This document shows, one piece after another, positions 14,901 through 27,382 of a stretch of DNA of 64,000 bases. The stretch is from positions 4,402,001-4,466,000 of the forward strand of contig CM102283.1 in the NCBI GenBank assembly GCA_046563655.1, in the 5' to 3' direction. Positions within the stretch are counted from its first letter, which is position 1, and each line of letters opens with the position of its first letter. The position numbers and the translations under genes are program-made. The notes under the pieces were generated by a model. The model saw only the letters and a list, made by a program, of their open reading frames with translations. It was not told the DNA's origin and searched no databases. Source of the DNA: Yuukianura sp. NJ FZ-2021 (taxonomy: Eukaryota).

Positions 14901-17900
14901 CGAACTTCCCTGCATTCAAAACCAAGATGGTGTCGGCCCTGAACATAAAAAAGAAGTCATAAAGGGATAAAGTGGGGCATTGCCATGGACTTACGTCGCC
15001 ATGCATCCGCCAGAGGGAAGCATGAAGTAGGGTGCTTTGGAGGAAATGTCAATGAAGATCTCTTCCGTATTCTGGATCATTTCTTTGAGCCCAGTCGCAG
15101 ACATATTCTTGGCGTCTTGCATGGCATTACTAATGGCTGATGTCGTCCTACAAAAGAACCAAACGGTCAATTTCCGACGGAATCTGATACCTTAAGTAAG
15201 GAATGTTTACTTTGCAAGTTCCACTCCAGAGGGCCATGTGAAGCAGTCGATGAGCTTCTGGATGGTGGGCGAGTCGTAGATGATTTCAATTCGTTCTGAT
15301 TTGATGAAGATGTACTGCCCTGGCTTCTTATCACGCGGGTTTTTGGCGTAAGATACAACTACAAACTTTTCGTTTAGCTCCGTCAGATCCCTGGCCATTG
15401 ACGGAACAATACCGTTCGAAGGAAACCCAGTTACAGTCATACTTCCGACACCTAGCTCTGCCCACAACCCCTTCTCAGCTGGGTACACTTTGGCACTAAA
15501 ATCAGTTAAAATTGAAATAATTTGTTGTAAACAATTAGTTGTTCATTTTCGTATTTTGAATTTGAGTTGAAGGTGGCTCACGCTATGCTGAAGTCCTTGG
15601 TCAAGAACTGGAGGACTTCCAGGAGAGAGCCTTTAGGCTGAACTTGTTTGACGGTGGAAGTGCACTGGGAAAGTGCAAACTTGAAGTTGAGCTGGGTGTA
15701 GCCCGGGGGGATGTTTCTTGCTTCGGCGTCTTGCGGCTCGAAGCTGATGTACTCTTGGATCTCCTTCATTTCCTCCGCGGTCAAGGTTGATTCAAGTGTT
15801 TTCTTGAGCTCAACTGGGTCCAGGGCCACTGCCCTCCTTCTGCTCTTTCACAATCTCCGGGTACTTCATGGCCACTTTCTTACGGATAATCAGAATGTCT
15901 TGGTTCGAAATTTGGTCCTCCAAGTCCATGTACTTTTGTTTATCAGCCTCCGTCTCAGTCTTAAGACATGCCTTCTGCATGTAGTCCGCGTACGCCTGTC
16001 AACATTGGGGACAAAACAATTGGGCAAGTACTATTATTATAGCACTAGAGATTATAGAGGTATTACTAAATTCTGAGCTACAACTAATTAATATGATATA
16101 ATTTATTAGTTATTATAATAACATAATATTAAATTAGTATTTAATGTTTTATTGTTTACCAATTCGTAGGATTTGCACAGACGCTGCTGTTTCACAAGAT
16201 ACTCGGGATCGTAGAGACGATTTCGGCGTCTCACGCCCACTCTGATGCAGTTGTAGGCGTAGGTCCACCTAAAGCCAGTTGTAAGTAACTTTAAACAATT
16301 TACTTACAATGCAATTAAGTATTAATTAGGAATTAGTATTAAAATTATAGTAATTCGTTATCTAAAAAGCATTATGTGTTACCATTTCTTTTCGTATCCA
16401 TTGTAGGGGACTCCGAATGGCCGGAAGGCAAGGAATGGCTGTCGTCTTGACTGGTCTTCCAGAGACTCCATGAGGAGCATCGCATCGTGGAACTGGAGGT
16501 CAGTCACATCTTATCAAAACACAACTAGAATTAAACGCCAACTCAAAATGGGAAAACAGAAAACGAAGAAGACTCACCGACGTTGAATCCTTCCAGAGAC
16601 AGAGTCACATCCGCCATTGGTTTAGAGAATTTCTCCTTCAGCTTGTTCGGCGACATCGTCACGATCGCCTTCACGTCCGCCTTCAGCGGCCCAATCACTG
16701 CCAAATACAAGTAACTTGAAAATATTTGCACTTCCACATTTTAGCTGTCGAAAAGTTTAAAAATGTTACCAAATTTGAGTTCTTTCTCGTCAGCACCTAG
16801 GAGGCTGTGCATTTTGGCAATGGACGCTGCCTCGGAGTCTGGCGTAAACACTCTGGGGCGTAGGAGCGTTGTGTGACTGTTCCAGTAAACTCCCAGGCCC
16901 TCCAAACTCACCAACTAAAAATTGTAGGTACAATTACACTATCTGTTTTAAAAGAGTTACTAAAAATAGTTTAAAATTTAGTGGAACGAGTTTTTAAAAA
17001 ACAAATTCCGATTGTTGCCTACCTTGTAAAATGTTTCTACATATTTGTCTGTAGGTTTTGGGTTCCAGAGTTCATCAGTACTAATGGCTGCTAGTTTCTT
17101 GAGTGTGATTCCAAAGGCAAATGGTGATCCAGGATTGGACAGTTCGTCTTCGTAGCGAATGTGGATGTTCTCCACAGTAATCTTGATGTTGTTGATGATT
17201 CCAACCACCACTGACGCGTTATTGGCAGTTGCCGCTGGACCTGTAAAAAGTTCAACATCTTTGTAAGATTTGAATTCCTTAATGATTACTTTGTTATTTA
17301 CCGCCAAGTGCTGGATCGTTCTCAATCATCTTTTCTAGAGCCTTTCGCTTTGCCTCCTTCTTCCCCTCTCTGTCGTCCTGGTACTTGACGGAAGTGGGAG
17401 GAGCAAGAAGAACGTACACGTCCTGCACTTCTACTACGACGTCTCTCGACGACCAAAAGTCAGTTGCAATTGTGGTCACAGCAAATTCCAAGTACACACG
17501 ACCTGCATAACAAGTCAATCAGAGGTCAAGCTTTGAGTATTGGTGGATAGCACCTCTTACGGTTTAGGATCTTACCGACTTTTCCAAAGACGAGTTTGAG
17601 TGGAACGCCCATGTCCTCCAGAAGGCCCGGTCGGACAAGCATTTCAGTCAGTTCCACATTTCCTGCCAATTTGAATGTGCGTAATGTATATAATTTAAAT
17701 AACAATTAACATCAAGGTTACTATAGCAACCAATCTACAAATAGTCTACAAGAGGTTATCCAGTAGTTCGGGGTTTGCAAAAATCTTCCTTCAAACAATT
17801 TTTCCCCCCAATTTTCCCCCAATTCCTATTAAATTACATACAAATGATTACCATAGAAAAGCACGGCGACGCAAGTTTTGCAAATTATTTGAGAAAATTA

Positions 17901-18148
17901 AAAACATCGACCTACTGGATAACCTGGTGTAGAATAAACAATTTGTTTTTTTTTTGTTTACCCACCTTGATTAACATAGCTAACAAATAATTTTTTTTAG
18001 TTTTCTGTTGTATTTAGCGGTTTTTGGCGAGAGGTCAAAGGTCATGCTCACCCATGCCAATATCCAATTTGCTGGAGTCGAAGTTGGAGAAGTACTGGCC
18101 CATGATGCCCTTGATGAAAGGGGCCACCAGAGTCTCCATGATCCCCAT
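2922..18148 (-). CDS. VPS13: Vacuolar protein sorting 13 family lipid-transfer protein (divergent, many exons; two apparent frameshifts)
   Basis: Chorein-N start MGIMETLVAPFIKGIMGQYFSNFDSSKLDIGM/GNVELTEM; IINNIKITVENIHIRYEDELSNPGSPFAFGITL; VAB-repeat LFCPYWMVNRTGLTLNY; QVDNQL; C-terminal LGLDLLGNPTKLLSGITGGLTSLLTEP and RPRRIMFPNRPLRPYS. The last exon reads AALQDCKKACFAATGH* with the stop at 2922-2924. Introns are short, AT-rich and GT-AG. Confidence 0.93.
9131..9389. mobile_element. Putative degenerate MITE in a VPS13 intron
   Basis: Imperfect inverted ends: aggtcatttgcgacaataataagccga vs tcggcttatgattgtcggctatgacct. No clear TSD. Confidence 0.4.
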
Positions 18149-20525
18149 TTTGGAGGATCTTTTTTAAAAACAGTGGGGACTTTTAAACTTGGAGTCTGCT
18201 CGTCCTAGTTTTGATTTCGGTGAGTTAATTTTTTGAGAACTGTTGAGAGTTCCAGCTTCTGCTGGAGAATGATTGTAACCAACCAGAAACTAATTGAACC
18301 TTTACTGACTTATCGTTTCGAAACCTCCGCAGTGACACAAGTTCAATTAGCGCATTCGGCTCCATCGATGTGCCCGAATACCCGGAAGTCTAGCATCAAG
18401 TAACGCCTCAAAAACAACACTCAATTAACAACAAAATCAGCCGACACAATTCAAAAATGGGTTTATCCAGGAGTCGGATTTTCAAAAGCCCAATGGCGAG
18501 GTACTACCATAAAATTTTATTAAAGGAGTTATTGTTATTCATATCCTATGCTAATACGTTAATTTTACAACCTAAAATTTTGCATTTCTTTTAGATTTGT
18601 ACATCTCGAGCGAAGACACGACCGTACGGGATTTGGCGTTTCAGAGTGTCATGTAATTTGTTAGTGACAAGGAGACAAGCAAGTGAGGCTTTAATTGGAA
18701 GTGACCGCAGGACTGGCCGCAGTAGTTCCGTAATTAATACGTCGCCACTCGTGTCCCGAATCTGTTTATTCCTTAACTTCTCAATTGGATCGTGGCCACA
18801 GAAAACTGATTCGGAATGAACATTTATTTATTTACTCTCTACTGTCCGACCACTTATGCCTTCAACTCAATTAATCATTCAAGTTAAAGGTAACGTTTAA
18901 CCTGTATGCAGTGCTTGGAAATTGGAATGCAACTTGTTTTAAAAAAATCATTTCAGCAACAAAATGGCAACATGTTTCAAATGCTTATGATTTGTTTTAT
19001 ACGGATTTGCATTTCTTTTTCACTTCCTAATTCAACCGGATTTTTGCAATTGCAGGAATGATGCCAAAGGAAAACGGAAGAGTCGTAGCACTACTAACAA
19101 AAATTTTTTAAAAAGTATTTTCGTTTTAGAATGTGACATAACTGCGTTTCAGTCACTACGACCTACGACCTGCTACGTGGATACGAACATGTATTCATCT
19201 GGCAAAAAGTATGTGGACGTCAAATCATCTAGTACAATTAGTAAAAAAAACGGTAAAGTAATTTGACCAAGTTAACCATGACTTTTTGATCGAGGTCAAT
19301 TCAATTCAGATGGATATTAATCATTTCCAAAGTTCTTTTTTACTTTCACCAAAACCTACCCTGTGGCACATTTCCTTACCAAACAACGTCAACTTTTGTA
19401 TGCCAAAATGTTAAAACGCAACTGGTTCACATGAGGTCACTCCACAGTCAACTGAAAACTTTTTCTTGTCAATCATTTAAAGAAATCATAAAAACCAGCT
19501 TCACAAAAATCATACGGAAAACCAAAATTGATTAAAGAAAAATATGCCGGTGGAACACAGGATTTCGCACATCGTTGGCAAAAAAAATTACTTTTTGACA
19601 AACGGCTTTTAACGTCTTAAGTTTTTTTTTCTCCAAATTGTCCCGTTAGTACCAGCCGTCTGGAGCGAGTTTGTCATAATATTTGATTTTCTTGTCCAAA
19701 ATTTTCTGCATGGCTTGCTTGAATTTTAGCTTCTTCTTCACTTTCTTAAGTTTTTTCTTCCTCTTAATTTATTTAATTAATTAATTTATTTTGGAACTTT
19801 CTATAGCCTAAAAATACAAAAATTGTTTTTTTTTAGATTTATGAAGCAGAGGACTGAGAACGTAACCTTTGGAGTTGAGGATTTTGATGTCTTTTTTGGA
19901 GAGTCCTTTGAATTCAGTAGCCAGTGGATGGTACGTTTTCTTATGCCCGTGATGAAGATGATGATGATGATAAAGATCGATTGGGTAGTACCCAAAGCTA
20001 TAAAACAAAATTCAAAACGAAATCATTCCACTGACACACTTTGATACACGATAGTTTCTCCTTTCGCAGTTCAACTGATCCCTTTTCAACCGGAAATGAT
20101 GCACAAACCCCACCACCATTCTATCAAAGTACTTTTTTTAACAAGACAAAATTTTCAAAGAAAAATCGGATCTGGAATTGTGGAATGCGTTTTAATCAAC
20201 AAAAAGAAAGGAGACATGCGAAGAAAACGAAAAGTAAAGAACAAGAGAACGAATAATTTATTGTGTGCGGAGTTTGATGCTGGTCAGACGAGCCATTCCA
20301 GTGCTTTGATTTTGTGCTGGAGCAACAAACTCAGAATCTTCTTCAACTCGATTTTGTTTTGCAAAAGCGCTATTTTGCTCTTCGCTTTCAACTTGTATAT
20401 TTCGTACTTCAGTTTCACTTTTTCATACTCGAGACCATGACCTGAGTCGTGGTAAACGTCGTGGTGGTGATTGTGACCCCACCCGTGATGTCCATGATGA
20501 CCGTGATGATGTCCGTGATGACCGT

Positions 20526-20951
20526 TGTAATGTATTTGCGCTTTTCAGCGCAGTCTCAACTTCCCCGTAAGTTAAGTTTTGTGTCCAGAGTGGCGGTTAC
20601 TTTTAAATCACCACCACTCTCTCTAAAACACACTAGACGGAATCCGACGATGTTTACACATCACGATGACATGAAGGAAGGATGATTTTGAACATTTTGT
20701 CAAAAATCCGCTAGCTTTTTCCTTTGACCCGAGTATTACCTAGTGCTTTAAGTTAATTTCGTGAGTTTTTTCTACCTATAGTTTGCATGGCCATGCTATT
20801 AGCATTGTGACCGACGGAGCAACAGTCGTCAATTAGAGTAATGATAGTTTCGGCACTCAATGTCTGGGTGTAAGCCACAACACACTTAATTTTAGTATTA
20901 AGTTCTGATTAAATAAATAACATATTTATTTAAAAGTACGAGTACACCACA
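20526..20951 (+). repeat. 5' LTR (contains a 212-bp insertion)
   Basis: Matches 24186-24399 apart from about 4 substitutions and the insert at 20633-20844. Confidence 0.95.
20633..20844 (-). mobile_element. Putative non-autonomous mini-Helitron inside the 5' LTR
   Basis: Absent from the 3' LTR. The minus strand reads A|TCATTACT...CCGTCTAG|T: 5' TC, 3' CTAG, AT target and no TSD. Short hairpins lie near the 3' end. Confidence 0.65.
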
Positions 20952-20953
20952 TT

Positions 20954-20983
20954 TGGCGTGGCTAGTAGGATTCGAACCTACGC
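20954..20983 (+). promoter_or_regulatory. Primer-binding site, tRNA-Ser-like
   Basis: TGGCGTGGCTAGTAGGATTCGAACCTACGC starts 2 nt after the LTR. Its reverse complement resembles a tRNA T-arm plus acceptor strand plus CCA. Confidence 0.75.
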
Positions 20984-20999
20984 TCCCATACAAAAATTT

Positions 21000-23903
21000 T
21001 CAACCAAATCAAGCGGAACCTTTCATCTACTGAAGTTTTAACTCTCTACAATCAGGATTTGCCCCTTGGGATATCCTGCGACGCTTCAGGTATCGGTTTA
21101 GGGGTGGTACTATTCCACAGAATGGCGGATGGTAAGGAAAAGCCAATTGCGTATGCTTCTAAAATTCTCACCAAAACAGAGCAAAAATATTCTCAAATTG
21201 AAAAAGAGGCATTATCAATTGTGTTTGGGTCAAGAAATTTTATAAGTATCTTTTAGGCCGCCACTTCACCCTAGTAACCGACCACAAGCCTCTCGTGCAC
21301 ATTTTTGGAAAAAATAAGGCACTTCCGTCCTTCGCTGCGATTCGTGTGCATCGCTGGAGTTTGTTCCTACAGCAGTTCTCCTACGACGTACACTACAGGA
21401 AGACGACGGAACATGGGAATGCAGATGCCCTTTCACGCTTCCCGACTTCTGGTCATGACGTAACTTTTGACGACGACGACGAAGGACTTGTCAACGTAGT
21501 CAAAGCCGCAACCGAATCCGTCACCGTCACCTCTGCAGAAATCCAGAGGTATGCGAAAAAAGATAAAATTTTGTCGCAGGTTTTTAGGCACATTCGTGAC
21601 GGTTGGCCAGACAAAGTGGACAAGACCGACCCACTGTACCCATACTTCCTACGGAAGGAAGACTTGACAATTGCAAGTAACGTCGTACTTTGGGGTATTC
21701 GGGTGCTCATTCCAGAAAAACTACGAGAGAGTCTACTTCTGGAGCTTCATTCTGCGCATACTGGAATTGTCAAAATGAAGTCTATCGCCCGAGAATTTTT
21801 CTGGTGGCCTAAGCTGGACAGTGACATTGAGCAAGTCACAAAGCGTTGTACCCACTGTCGTGAGTCAGCCAAGGATCCACCACCAGCCGAGCTTCATCCT
21901 TGGGAGTTTCCCCAAAAACCATATGGCATCGTCTCCATGCTGACTTGGCTGGGCCATTCAAAGGTAAAATGTGGCTACTGATCGTAGACGCACATAGTAA
22001 GTGGCCAGAGGTGTTTTGCCTTAACTCTAATTCCACATCTCAGGCTCTAATTAGTAATTACCAAATTCCGTGAGTGTTTTGTCCGTTTCGGAATACCTAG
22101 ACAGGTGGTTACAGACAACGGACGCCAGTTCACTTCAACCGAATTTGTACAATTCTTGAAGTCAAACGGAGTGAAACATACGACGGGCTCCGTTTACCAT
22201 CCTCGGTCCAATGGCGAAGCAGAGAACTTCGTCAATACTTTCAAGAAGTCGATTGAAAGTAAGGGTGATTTGGATTATTTTGTGCAAAATTTTTTATTCC
22301 AATACAGAATCACTCCTCATCACCACTGGAGTCGCACCATGCGAGTTACTCCAAGGTCGTCGTCTACGTTCACTTTTCGATCTTCTCCGTCCTGACGTCA
22401 AACAGACTGTCTCGTCTCAGCAGGAACGGCAGAAGTCGAATTTCGACATAGGAGCGAGACACCGGGATTTCCACATTGGCCAACAACGGGTTTGGTTTAA
22501 ATCATTCAAAAAAGATTATCCAAAATGGTCATTAGGTGAAATTGTGGAATTCAAAGGTCCCGTAACTGTTGTTGTCAAGTTTGAGACTAGTAGGTACCAT
22601 AGATGGGCATCCTCAAAGAGGACGTCCTCAAATCCTCTATCCTCAATCGATTCCCGATCCTCAAATACTCTTCTCCTCTATCCTCACTCGATTTCTAGTC
22701 CTCAAATCTTCAAAACCTCATCCTCATTGGTATCCCAATCCTTAAAACCTCAAATCCTCTATCCTCAATCCCAATAATGTCCTCAAATCCTTAAACCTCT
22801 ATCCTCAATTAAGTGAAAATAACTATATATAAAGTTTGGTTCACCAAGTCAATTTTATTTCAGACTAATATTCAATTTAATTAACATAACCTAACAGCGT
22901 CAGGAACACCACGAGTAACTTTCTTGTAACGTAGACGGTTGATAACTTTTGCAGATGACGAAGATTCGATTTCTTGTACTTCCTCGTCATTAATCACGAC
23001 AGGACAAACTCGGGTGTTGCCTGTTTTAAGTTCGACGACATGTTGTTCACTAACTAATTTAAATTAGATACACACCGCTTCGGACTATACTATTGGCAGT
23101 AGCAGCTGATGATACAAAAGAATAATAGTGAAGAGAAGAAATAGGATCAAAGCACATGCTTTGATCCTATTTTGAAACTTTGAAACAACCGCGGTTGTTA
23201 GCGGGATGTCTCATTTGACTCAATTTGCTAGGAATTGCGAAATTGAGGAGTGCTCAAATACTCAATCCTCAAGTAAATTTGAATCCTCAACTACTCTAAT
23301 CCTCTATCCTCACTTCATACTTATCCTTAAATACTCAAAACCTCTATCCTCATTTAAAGTCAATCCTCAAAACTTCAATCCTCTATACTCTTTCCGGCCA
23401 TCGGTCCTCAAATCATCTATACTCAATCCTCATCCAAAATCGCGTCCTCTTTGAGGATTTCGTCCTCTTTGAGGATTTTTTGAGTGAGGACGCCCATCTA
23501 TGGTAGGTACCGTCGTCACCAGGATCAATTACTCGACGCACGGACCTCTCCTTTCTCATTTCAAAATTTGGAGGAGGAGGAAGTGGCGTTAAACTCCGAA
23601 ATTGCAAAACCAGTGACGTCATCAACTCCTAAGTCAACTCCAACGTCTAGTCTGACTCCAAAAACGCCAGCCAAGGTCTCGTCTCCTTACTCGTTTGCTC
23701 CTATTTTGACTCCGCATCTCCCTACGGACTACTCAAACGCTGATTCCGAACCGTCATCGGAATACGAATCTCCGGACGAGGACGACTACACTACACCGTC
23801 CCCTAACCAGAGTCCGTTTACCTCCCCGGAAGCAACTCCAGCCCCTGCGCCGACTCAACGTCGTCCGGTTCTTCCGCGTGCCGCTAAAGGCAAGAAAAAT
23901 TGA
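21000..23903 (+). pseudogene. pol: Fragmented pol (RNase H and integrase) of the Mag-like element
   Basis: ISCDASGIGLGVVL, EKPIAYASK, YSQIEKEAL, HHCC zinc finger (LHSAHTG...CTHC), VTDNGRQF, YHPRSNGEAE and RRHQDQL. Several frameshifts and a MITE insertion. Confidence 0.9.
22598..23502. mobile_element. Non-autonomous TIR DNA transposon (P- or hAT-like) inserted in the integrase C-terminus
   Basis: TIRs CATAGATGGGC(A/G)TCCTCA, 8-bp TSD GTAGGTAC (22590-97 and 23503-10) and many subterminal ATCCTC repeats. Removal restores FETSRYRRHQDQL. Confidence 0.88.
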
Positions 23904-24185
23904 GATGTAACGGTTTAGTGTATATAGTTTCTAAGGTTAAGTTAAGGTTCCCAGTTACTAGTTGTAACCTCCTCTTGAGGAAAGGTCACTTCCCTTCCCT
24001 CACCTTAACCTTTTTCACCCCCTCAGCGGATGGTTTTTGCAAAATCATGGTGCTGCTGGAGGCCTCGTCCACCTCCACGTCAAAAGCAGTGGCTCCCACC
24101 AAGTACCACGAAGCTGAGGTCATTTTCCTTCTCTCTTCTTTCCCAAAACGTTTTGGAAAGTGACTTTTCCTAGAGGGGAAGGAAA

Positions 24186-24399
24186 TGTAGTGTATTTGCG
24201 CTTTTCAGCGCAGTCTCAACTTCCCCGTAAGTTAAGTTTTGTGTCCAGAGTGGCGGTTACTTTTAAGTCACCACCACTCTCTCTAAAACACATAGTTTCG
24301 GCACTCAATGTCTGGGTGTCAGCCACAACACACTTAATTTTAGTATTAAGTTCTGATTAAATAAATAACATATTTATTTAAAAGTACAAGTACACCACA
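24186..24399 (+). repeat. 3' LTR (214 bp)
   Basis: TGTAGTG...CACCACA, preceded by the PPT and followed by the TSD. Confidence 0.95.
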
Positions 24400-25360
24400 A
24401 CCGTGATGATGACCTTGGTGACCACCGTGATGAAAATGGTCTCTGGCGACATGTGGTGGCGGTGTAGGGGGATCCTCGACGACATACGGAGGTTCATGGT
24501 CAATGAACGGACCAGGGCCGCTGAAAGGAAACGAAGGCTGTTAGTTCACGCAGTGTTAACAGGGAGGGAGTGAAAACGCGGGAAACCAAAAAATGTCGTT
24601 TTGAAAAAAGTTTTTGTTTTGAGATTTTTATTATCCAACAAATTCTAAAAAATTGACAGCACTGATGAGCCCATAGGCAGCAAGTTCCTTAAACTCGTGT
24701 TTCAGTATTTTCTTCCACTTCTTCGTCCTTTTGACGTTCTTGTACAATTCGATTCGAAGTTTTTGTACTTAGGGGTCCAGATCCGGATCAAATCCGTGGA
24801 GTGGAATCGGTTCGGGTTCGGGAGGATACGAGATCGTAGGCGGAGGATGCCAATGGTCATGGTCAGAGTCCCACCTTGTTGGTAACAAGGAGTTAGTATG
24901 CACAAAACCACCGAAACCGTCATTTTAGACAAGAAGTGCCACAACAGAACACAGCTCTTCAAAAGGATTGTCATATTTTTTGAAAAATAAATCGAAAGTG
25001 AAAAAAAAAGTGAAAGTAAAAGTTTTAAAAACTGTCTTTTTTGAAGAAGCTGAGTCTGGAAAGTAGACAGGGGATGAAGACAAGGAGGCGCATAAATTCA
25101 AATTCAATTCGTTTTCAAACTCACTCGTCATGATGTACATGATGATGTGGTTCTCCCTTGGTTTTGCTCACTGAAACTTGGAATGGCCACAGAAATCGAA
25201 AAGCTGACAAAGGTGAGTCATCGCTTGAAGTGTCGCCAACACTCTGCTTCTGCGCCGGAGGAGCCTTGGGCGGCGCTGGTTTTCTAGGCAGCGGGATGTT
25301 GATCACAGGAAGCGGCGCTACCTCCACCGAGGACTTTGTTGTAGAGTTCTTAATGATTAC

Positions 25361-25854
25361 CACAGGCCGGAAAATTAAGATAAATCTTTTTTAGGACTTT
25401 AAAATCTTCAAATCTTTAAAAACTTTAAAAAATTATAAATTCTTTTTTGAGGATAAAATCTTTTAGAAATTAATATCCATCTTTTTTGGCTAATTTTTTA
25501 AAATTTTGTAAGATTTTGAGCAAATCTAGCTAAACATCTATCGTTTTGTTAAAATTTTCGCACGGTTTTTAATTTGACTCAATTATGATGCGTGAAATGG
25601 TGTGTTCTGAGGGTCTTGTTTTCTCAAAACTTCATCGCATACTAATTCTTTTTGCGAAAGTGCAAACTGTGAGTATGAAAAACTTCGAAATGTCTATTGT
25701 GTCACATTTTGGACTTGATAAATCAAGTTATATTCGATAAGTGTGTCAATTTTGTTCGTTTTTTAGAACTTTTTTGGAACTTTTTGGGCTTATTTTTTAG
25801 AGATTTTAAAGTTCTTAAAACGCCTTTTTTTGGAACTTTCTTTTCCGGCCTTTG
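25361..25854. mobile_element. MITE (P- or hAT-like) inserted in exon 2 of the His-rich gene
   Basis: TIRs CA(C/A)AGGCCGGAAAA and 8-bp TSD ATGATTAC (25353-60 and 25855-62). Removal restores AGA GTA ATC ATT AAG AAC in frame. Confidence 0.88.
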
Positions 25855-27382
25855 ATGATTACTCTCTGCGCATGAAAAGAAAGTACGAGTATTTACTAAA
25901 ATAATTAAATATTAATACAAAATATTAATATAATTATACTAAAGTTAACAAAAAATGATAAAGCCAATTTTTTTTTAGAAACTTTGGCTTCGGGAGCCCA
26001 AAAAAGCGGGAGCTTGAAATTGAATTCAATTGAAATTAAAACTTTCAAAAACGCACCTCTTCATTGCTATCTTCTTCCTCTTCGCTGGAGAGGTCAAGGT
26101 GACCTGACCTGCCGATGTCTGCAAGTTCTGCTGAAAAGGAGGGACTGCTGGGCAGACGCCTGGGAGGAAGGACAATGTAGGGCCGTGCACCGTGGAAGAA
26201 AACGTCCTGCGCAGATATTACGGAAACTGATGCGCAGAGGATAATGAATAGGCAGAGGCGTCCCTTCGTGGACCCAATGCCAGACAACGACTGACGACGA
26301 AATGAGGTGAGCTACGCTTTCCTTCCACTTGAACTTGGGGCAAAATTTTCTCTATTCGACTTGAACTTGAATTTTGGTGCTTTCAAATCCACATTCTTCT
26401 GAAAAGTGTGGAATGTGCAACGAAAAGTAATGTAAAACCAGTTTTCTCTACCGTTACTCATAGCGAAAGTTATCGAAAACAGGATGCATGATGAGATGAC
26501 GTGTATGTGCAATACAATTTGGCGTTAATTTTTATATTTTATTCAAATTATTAATTAAAAGCTGGTTAGTCTTAAAATTTCTCGGACGCTTATAGACGGA
26601 CACTCCATGGACGACACAGACATTCGATTGCATGTCCACCGTGGACGGACTACCCCAGCTAGTGGCGGTATCCAATGGCAACGAAAAAGTAAATTAAAAT
26701 CTGTGACGTCATCGTGGGGAATACAGTGAGTTTTTTAGGATTTCTAGTGTACGAAAAAGTTTTCAATGAGGGTGTTAACACGGAAACAGAGAAAACATAC
26801 ATCGAACATTAAAAAACTCACGGTAGAAATGACGTTGCCGAGGGGGAAAAAATTCCCTCAATTCTTTCTTCTTGTAAATAAACCGTACCTAGGAGTATTC
26901 TATTTACCTTGGGACTACCCAACTTTGCGTATTAGAGATGCGAAAAATATTTAGCTCCCATGCCTGTAATGTTAACACAATCAATATTTCGGGTCTTTTT
27001 GCTACTAAATATTTATATATTTCCCATGCCCTTAATCTTAAGCTCGTAAATATTTTGAGCTTTTTCAGTAAATATTGTATTTATTTCAATATTTCGCTGG
27101 TTTTTGGTAAATATTTTTGGCATGTCTGGGAAACACGTTATGTCCGTTAATACTATCCGTCCAAAAGTATCCTGCCGTAAGTGATCCGGACCACAACTGT
27201 CCGTGCATAAATGCCGGGTGACTTAAGTGGTGATTAATGCTGAACCCAAATGGTTGAGAATGTTGACTGAAAAAGTGCTTGTTCCATATATATATATATA
27301 TATATGTTTATAAGAGGGGACTCACTATCTATGTATTGATTAGTATAGTGAGATCCACGCTGAGCATGCTCATTGGCATATT

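Larger units (their letters stand above)
20526..24399 (+). mobile_element. Internally deleted Ty3/Gypsy LTR retrotransposon (Mag-like); lacks gag, protease and RT
   Basis: TG..CA LTRs at 20526-20951 and 24186-24399, 5-bp TSD ACCGT (20521-25 and 24400-04), PBS at 20954 and PPT agaggggaaggaaa before 24186. RNase H sequence begins immediately after the PBS. Confidence 0.93.
19808..26287 (-). pseudogene. Secreted His/Pro-rich low-complexity protein gene with three candidate alternative terminal exons, disrupted by two TE insertions
   Basis: Exon 1 (26287-26057) has a signal-peptide-like start, LCLFIILCASVSVISAQ. Exon 2 (25865-25125) reads RVIIKNSTTK...HHHVHHD once the MITE is removed. Phase-2 acceptors at 24874, 24520 and 19997 each open a His-containing frame ending in a stop. 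Confidence 0.65.

Noticed and set aside
18200-19300. Plus-strand splice-like signals upstream of VPS13 (divergent transcript)
   Set aside because: No coherent ORF or consistent exon chain.
20954-20983. tRNA gene
   Set aside because: Only the T-arm and acceptor complement are present; it is the PBS.
25361-25854. Exonic MITE acting as a frame-preserving intron (introner)
   Set aside because: No GT/GC-AG pair at the element ends that restores the frame was found.
26570-27230. Possible MITE with GGAC/GTCC-rich ends
   Set aside because: TIRs and TSD could not be defined.
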